In this document: positions 37,533-42,980 of the stretch, one piece after another | How the letters are laid out: each line of letters starts with the position of its first letter | Position numbering within the stretch: the first letter of the stretch is position 1 | Assembly: GCA_002346425.1 (NCBI GenBank) | Contig: DDZS01000050.1 | Span: 2,023 to 45,002 of the forward strand | Origin: Alphaproteobacteria bacterium UBA3002 | GTDB lineage: Bacteria > Pseudomonadota > Alphaproteobacteria > Rickettsiales > UBA3002 | DNA length: 42,980 nt | Direction of reading: 5' to 3' | Program-made: the position numbers and the translations under genes | Notes under the pieces: model-generated | Seen by the model: only the letters and a program-made list of their open reading frames with translations | Told to the model about the DNA's origin: nothing | Databases searched by the model: none

Positions 37533-39794
37533 ATGATGCGCTATGTGTTGATGCTGTTTTTCGTGTGCCTGCCTTTCTCGGCACAGGCCCAATCGTCCTC
37601 GATGTATGTCGAAGACATTATCATCAGCGGCAATCAGCGGATTGAGAATTCCACGATCCTGACGTATCTCGGTATTTCCGAAGGCGACATGGCCGATGGT
37701 GAGTCCATCAATCGCGGCCTGAAGAAGCTTTATGAAACCGGTTTCTTTGCCGATGTACGCATCACGACAGATGGGGATGATCTAATGGTCACCGTTATCG
37801 AAAACCCGAGCATCAACCGTGTTGCCTATGAAGGTAACGATGCGATTGACGACGAGGACCTGGAAGCTGAGACAACGCTGCGTTCGCGCTCTACCTTTAC
37901 GCGCACCGCGGTTCAGCGCGATGTCGAGCGCCTGCTCAATGTGTATCGCCGCAACGGGTATTATTCCGCCACTATTGAGCCGCAAATTATTCAGCGTGAA
38001 CAAAACCGGGTTGATCTGGCTTTCGATATTACCGAAGGGGAAAAAACATCCATCCGCAATATCAGCTTTATCGGCAATGAAGCCTTTTCTACTGCCGATC
38101 TAAGCCGGGTGATCAGTTCAACCGAATATGCGTGGTATAAACTACTGTCCAGTGACGATAATTACGATCCGGATCGCTTGGAATATGACAAAGAACTGCT
38201 GCGGCGCTTTTACCGCGCAGAAGGCTATGCCGATTTCAATGTCACCTCCGCTTTTGCCGAATTAACCCCGCAACGCGATGCGTTTTTATTGACCTTCACG
38301 CTGGATGAGGGGGATCGTTATACCTTGAACAAGGTCGATGTCGAAAACGATCTTGATCGTGATCTGATTCCGAATCTGGATGAATTACTGCTGACCAAAG
38401 CAGGCGACCGCTATGACGCCTCGGCCGTGGAAAATAGTATCGATGCGATTATCGAAGAGCTGGGCGATAAAGGTTATGCATTTGTTGAAATCGAGCCCTC
38501 ACTGGAGCGTGACACCCAAGCCGACACCATCGACCTGACCTATGTTATTAAGCAGGGCCCGCGCGTCTATGTGGAACGTATCGACATTATCGGCAATATC
38601 TCAACGCTGGATGAAGTCGTTCGCCGTGAATTGCGTTTTGTCGAAGGCGATGCCTATAGCACCACCAAATTACGCCGGTCCGAACAGCGCCTGAAGAATC
38701 TGGGCTTCTTCGAAACTGTAAATGTCACCACCGACCCCGGCTCGACGCCGGATCGCACGATCATCACCGTCGACGTGAAAGAACAATCGACCGGCGAAAT
38801 CTCACTCGGTGCTGGCTATTCGTCGACCGATGGCGCGTTGGCGGATGTGGGGATTACCGAGCGCAACTTGCTGGGCCGTGGCCAGACCTTACGTTTCCGC
38901 GTCCTTGCCGCAGCACGTCGCCAACAGTTTGATATTGGCTTTACCGAACCGTATTTGTTCAATCGCGAACTATCCGGCGGGGTTGACTTGTATAAAATCA
39001 CGCAGGATTTTCGTACCGAAGCGTCTTTTGAACGCGCGGCACTCGGGGGTAAATTACGGGCGGGGTATAGTTTCAGCGAATATCTGACGCAGCAGCTTTA
39101 TTACTCGATCGAACAAAACGAAATCTCCGATGTCGATCCTTTCGCCTCGCGCTTTATTAAAGATCAGGAAGGCGAGAATATTACCTCGCTGGTCGGCCAT
39201 ACATTGACCTATGATCGCCGCGACAATCGCTTTGCCCCAACCGATGGCTTGCTCCTGCGTTTAACGCAAGATGTCGCAGGCGTCGGCGGGGATGATCACT
39301 TCTTACGTAACGAAGTGCAGAGCGAATATTATATCCCGCTTGCCAAGCAATGGACCCTAGCCTTTGCAGGATCTGCCGGCCATATTTTCGGATTTGGCGA
39401 AGATGTACGTATTAACCAGCGCTTCTTCGTTGGCGGCCGCGAATTGCGTGGTTTTGAAGACGCCGGTATTGGCCCGCGCGATGACACGACCGATGACTCC
39501 TTGGGTGGTAATGTGTATTACACCGCCTCGAGCGAGCTGCAATTCCCGCTTGGCCTGCCCGATGATCTCGGCTTTACCGGCGCACTCTTTATCGATACCG
39601 GCTCGCTGTGGGATTCGGAAGATTCCGGCCCCGAAGTAGTGGGTAATGACCACTTATTACGCGCGTCAGCTGGTGTTGGTGTGACCTGGGCTTCCCCATT
39701 CGGCCCGATCCGGATCGATTTGGCGAAACCGTTCCTGTCCGAAGATTACGATATCGAAGAGACCTTCCGCTTCAGCTTCGGAACGCGCTTCTAA
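37533..39794 (+). CDS. bamA: Outer membrane protein assembly factor BamA
   Basis: Signal peptide, POTRA repeats, LRGF loop, SPFGP motif and terminal FSFGTRF. Confidence 0.97.
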   Translation: MMRYVLMLFFVCLPFSAQAQSSSMYVEDIIISGNQRIENSTILTYLGISEGDMADGESINRGLKKLYETGFFADVRITTDGDDLMVTVIENPSINRVAYEGNDAIDDEDLEAETTLRSRSTFTRTAVQRDVERLLNVYRRNGYYSATIEPQIIQREQNRVDLAFDITEGEKTSIRNISFIGNEAFSTADLSRVISSTEYAWYKLLSSDDNYDPDRLEYDKELLRRFYRAEGYADFNVTSAFAELTPQRDAFLLTFTLDEGDRYTLNKVDVENDLDRDLIPNLDELLLTKAGDRYDASAVENSIDAIIEELGDKGYAFVEIEPSLERDTQADTIDLTYVIKQGPRVYVERIDIIGNISTLDEVVRRELRFVEGDAYSTTKLRRSEQRLKNLGFFETVNVTTDPGSTPDRTIITVDVKEQSTGEISLGAGYSSTDGALADVGITERNLLGRGQTLRFRVLAAARRQQFDIGFTEPYLFNRELSGGVDLYKITQDFRTEASFERAALGGKLRAGYSFSEYLTQQLYYSIEQNEISDVDPFASRFIKDQEGENITSLVGHTLTYDRRDNRFAPTDGLLLRLTQDVAGVGGDDHFLRNEVQSEYYIPLAKQWTLAFAGSAGHIFGFGEDVRINQRFFVGGRELRGFEDAGIGPRDDTTDDSLGGNVYYTASSELQFPLGLPDDLGFTGALFIDTGSLWDSEDSGPEVVGNDHLLRASAGVGVTWASPFGPIRIDLAKPFLSEDYDIEETFRFSFGTRF

Positions 39795-39809
39795 GTTAGA
39801 AATATAAAA

Positions 39810-41801
39810 TTAGTGAAGTGTCCGCTCGTTGAGATCGGTGTCTTTTAAAAACTCTTCTTTGGCGCGTTGACGCATTAGAGTGTCCACCTGACTTCCCCGG
39901 CTTTGAGACACCGGCGCGCGCGCATCGGTCGAAATATGATTGGTACTGATTTTGGTGTCAGGAGTCGCGCGTGTCGATTCTGCCTCGTTTGCTAATTGCG
40001 CTTTTTCTAAAGCTGCCGCCCTGAGTTGTTCTTCATTGCGTTTGTCAATTTCACGCGATGAATCTGGGTGAACAATTTCTTCCCGAATTCCGGCAAACCC
40101 AGCTTTGACTTCACCAAGATTTAAGGAACATACACCATCAATCATGCGATAGATTGCCCGGTCCATGTCATTCATGCCATCTGCATCTTTAGGACGGTCC
40201 CAGCGTAAAGCCGTTTCCGCCTTGGCAATCATATAGGGGGTGTAACTAAAAGAGGCATTCATCCAATCATGCACCGCGGCTTTCGGAACCGATGTAATAC
40301 CAGCATAACGTATACCGCGATTTGCCATATCCGCAGCTTGATAACATGCCCGCCCGAATGGATTGATCGCGCGGTCAAACATGCCGCGCGTGTGCTTTTT
40401 CGCGAAAGGATCAAAATTTGGTCCAAAATCAGGAGCTGCAAGCGAATATTCCGGATTATGCCCAACACGCAGCGGCTCACCATGTTTCAATGGGTAATGA
40501 TTTCGGCCGGCATCTTGCTTAAAATTCTCACTGATATTGTGATAACTAAATGGCGCATCATTCGGCAGTCGCGCGATACCCATCCGGTCGTCCAAATGAA
40601 TCCCGATACCTTTATATTTCGTTTGCGGCGTCCGTGTTATCCAGAAAAACGGCACCGCAGGCGTCATATAAATCGTCGCTTTGATGGCGCTTTTTGTAAT
40701 GTAACGGAAAGTATCGGCAATGCTTTCGGCTACTCCCGATACCACCCCATGCGATGTGTCGATGGACGGCATGGTGCCGTCCTGAGCATGATTAGCGATC
40801 GCATTATACATATCGCGATACATGAGCGTGTACCAGTTATAGCCAGTAAAGCGTACCTGCAGGTCAAGGGCACCCGCTTTCGCGTAACTATCGATGATGC
40901 GCCCTTTTTGATCTAGCTGGAAACTCCCGCCATTCAACTGGAAATCGGACGTCGCTTTAAAGCCTTTATAGGCCCGGTTAAGCGCCTGCCGCTGCCAGCG
41001 CATCTGGTAAACATACATCGGCGCCGCAAACCAGTCTTCGCCTTGGTTGAGGGTAAAAATTTTAAACGCATCGCGCCCGGCAGATTTTGCAAGTTCACCG
41101 TAATCCGTGGTGCCATCTTTACGCTCCCAACTATTATGCACGTTAGGATCGAAAATTTCAGTAATCCGACGGCCTGTCGCATCACCGACACTACCAGCCG
41201 CGAAGTCTGCGGTCATACCAAAAACTTCCGCGCCAAAACTGCGCCCCATGCCCATCGGATCGCCAAAATCTTTTTTCGTCCGGAAGCGTACTGCATTTTC
41301 AGCCAGGCTTTCTAATTCTGCGCCTTCTTTACCCATCATGCGATAAAAGCCTTTGGAAAACGCTTTAATCGGTTGGCCCATCATGACATCAAATCCGCGG
41401 GCAACAAATTGTCCAGGCTGGGTCCGAAGTACCTTTAGGTTGAGTACTTTTTCTGGGCTATAGCCTGCGAGCTGGCCCGGAATCCACCGATGCGCCATGG
41501 TGTAAAGCGTCGCTCCTAAAAACCCGCGTGAGAACACACGCACCAGCATCCGGCTTCCGGTATAACTACTCCACGGGTGCGGCGCGCTGTAATCTTGTCC
41601 TTCTTCTCCTAAGTCTTCGAATTGTGAGAACAGGGCATCGCCGACACTGCGGTAGCGGGGATTGGCGGGCGGCGCTTTATCGTCCGTTTTGCCATCCGGT
41701 CCGCTAAATTGGCGCGCAGGGCCGTAGCCCGCAAAAGCCTTATGGCTTGCGGTCGCGTTGTGGCGGTAATTGCCGGTTATCTGTTCGTGCTCTAGGTTCA
41801 T
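39810..41801 (-). CDS. Large hypothetical protein (663 aa), no family recognised
   Basis: Long ORF that fills the bamA-to-kinase gap and has its own promoter-like elements. Confidence 0.8.
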   Translation of the reverse strand: MNLEHEQITGNYRHNATASHKAFAGYGPARQFSGPDGKTDDKAPPANPRYRSVGDALFSQFEDLGEEGQDYSAPHPWSSYTGSRMLVRVFSRGFLGATLYTMAHRWIPGQLAGYSPEKVLNLKVLRTQPGQFVARGFDVMMGQPIKAFSKGFYRMMGKEGAELESLAENAVRFRTKKDFGDPMGMGRSFGAEVFGMTADFAAGSVGDATGRRITEIFDPNVHNSWERKDGTTDYGELAKSAGRDAFKIFTLNQGEDWFAAPMYVYQMRWQRQALNRAYKGFKATSDFQLNGGSFQLDQKGRIIDSYAKAGALDLQVRFTGYNWYTLMYRDMYNAIANHAQDGTMPSIDTSHGVVSGVAESIADTFRYITKSAIKATIYMTPAVPFFWITRTPQTKYKGIGIHLDDRMGIARLPNDAPFSYHNISENFKQDAGRNHYPLKHGEPLRVGHNPEYSLAAPDFGPNFDPFAKKHTRGMFDRAINPFGRACYQAADMANRGIRYAGITSVPKAAVHDWMNASFSYTPYMIAKAETALRWDRPKDADGMNDMDRAIYRMIDGVCSLNLGEVKAGFAGIREEIVHPDSSREIDKRNEEQLRAAALEKAQLANEAESTRATPDTKISTNHISTDARAPVSQSRGSQVDTLMRQRAKEEFLKDTDLNERTLH

Positions 41802-41861
41802 AACTCTTCGTGAGTAAACATCTCCTCACTTTGAGTATATCACAGTCAAAAATTGGGTATT

Positions 41862-41879
41862 GTGACAGTTTCGTGACAA
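41862..41879 (-). promoter_or_regulatory. Pho-box-like direct repeat (PhoB/OmpR-family site)
   Basis: Minus strand reads TTGTCAC-GAAA-CTGTCAC against the consensus CTGTCAY-N4-CTGTCAY; TATACT follows at 41839-41834. Confidence 0.65.
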
Positions 41880-41886
41880 ACGTAGG

Positions 41887-42980
41887 CTAAGACGCTTGTT
41901 TTCTCGGCAAAATACAGCGGAATAGCGCGCCCTGACCAGGGTCTGATTCTACCTCGACATGTCCACCATGCAATTCAACAAAACTCTTAACGATGGCGAG
42001 ACCTAAACCCGAGCCGGATTGCTGGCCTCTGGTTGCGCCGGCGCGATAAAAGCGCTCAAAAATATGCGGTTGTTTATCGGGTGCAATTCCTACCCCAAAA
42101 TCACGTACTTGCAGGATGACGCGATCCGTTCCCAAGCGCTTGGCGCTCAGGTGAATTTCACTGGCGGCTTGCGAGTATTTCACCGCATTATTTAATAGGT
42201 TGAACAATACTTGTCGTAATCGCGATTCATCGCCTTGCATGAACCCGATCGCCTCTTCACATTCAATCTGCACATCAATATCAATCAGTTTCATACGCTC
42301 CCGCACGAGATGCGAAACGGTGTGTAATAGCTTCGCGATATCGATTTCCGACACATCGAGTTGCATATAGCCTGCGCCGATACTTGCCAAATCGAGAATA
42401 TTGTTGATCAAATAACTCAACTGGAGGGAGGATTTTTGAATCCCATCGATATATTCCGCCTGTTTTTCGGTCAATTCGCCGAAATAGGCGTTGCTCAGAA
42501 TATCCGAAAAGCCCATGATCGACGTCAGCGGAGAGCGCAGTTCATAGGACATATTGGCAAGAAATTCGGTTTTCAAGCGATCGGCTTCTTCCAGCGCTTC
42601 ATTCTTTTCGCGCAAAGAACGCTCTAATAATACGGAATCGGTAATATCACTATAGGTGAGCAGCGTCGCCCCATCGGGCAGCGGCACGGTACGCCAGTTT
42701 AACACGGTGCTATTGGTGCGCTCCAATTCCCCCTGCTGCATGCGGCGCAGCTGAATCAGTCCAATAAAATCGCTTTTATACTGTTCCCAATTTTCTACCG
42801 GGTACAAGTCACGGCACAGGTCCAGAATATCGCGGATATGCGGCTCATGATGCGTTTGTTCTTCTTGGATCCCCCACATCCGCGCATAAGTCGGATTGGA
42901 GAGTTTAACGCGGCCATTCTCGCCGATCACCAATACGCCTTCCTGCAAATGGTCGAGCGTTTCGCGCTGTACGGCGATCA
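41887..42980 (-). CDS. divL: DivL-like PAS-domain pseudo-histidine kinase (5' end outside the window)
   Basis: H-box reads FLANMSYELRSPL, with Tyr in place of His. PAS domain and N/G1/F/G2 boxes are present, and the frame is open to the window edge (..IAVQRETLDHLQEGV). Confidence 0.85.
   Translation of the reverse strand, partial: IAVQRETLDHLQEGVLVIGENGRVKLSNPTYARMWGIQEEQTHHEPHIRDILDLCRDLYPVENWEQYKSDFIGLIQLRRMQQGELERTNSTVLNWRTVPLPDGATLLTYSDITDSVLLERSLREKNEALEEADRLKTEFLANMSYELRSPLTSIMGFSDILSNAYFGELTEKQAEYIDGIQKSSLQLSYLINNILDLASIGAGYMQLDVSEIDIAKLLHTVSHLVRERMKLIDIDVQIECEEAIGFMQGDESRLRQVLFNLLNNAVKYSQAASEIHLSAKRLGTDRVILQVRDFGVGIAPDKQPHIFERFYRAGATRGQQSGSGLGLAIVKSFVELHGGHVEVESDPGQGALFRCILPRKQAS

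Noticed and set aside
1-42980. CRISPR array, tRNA/rRNA, IS element or prophage
   Set aside because: No regularly spaced repeats, cloverleaf/T-loop signatures, transposase or phage structural genes were seen, and intergenic gaps are short.

Overview
Alphaproteobacterial chromosome segment, almost all housekeeping genes, with no tRNA/rRNA, CRISPR array, transposase or integrase recognisable. Left to right: a candidate XerCD dif site (121-148); the mltB-rlpA-dacA-tmk-holB-metG-tatD-MBL hydrolase cluster (-); an AraM/EgsA-type glycerol-1-phosphate dehydrogenase; queC-queF; pyrB-pyrC-pyrF; rne followed by an HPD-less J-like protein and a TlpA/CcmG thioredoxin; amiC; an RmpM-like OmpA protein; a stand-alone PAS protein with an orphan partner; divergent folK-folP-folC and pabC-pabB-udgB; a pentapeptide-repeat/LOG/surface-protein trio; radC; rmuC; glmU; pyrH-frr-uppS-cdsA-dxr-rseP-bamA; a 663-aa orphan; and the 3' part of a DivL-like His-to-Tyr pseudokinase. 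The best leads for something undescribed are (1) the PAS protein paired with an acidic protein ending in a FliM/CheZ-like LSxxDIxALL motif, (2) the 663-aa orphan under a near-consensus Pho-box-type repeat, and (3) the degenerate J-like gene coupled to rne. The dif call is supported by eight KOPS octamers, all pointing toward it. Many genes look leaderless. All calls come from motif recognition by eye; no searches were run.
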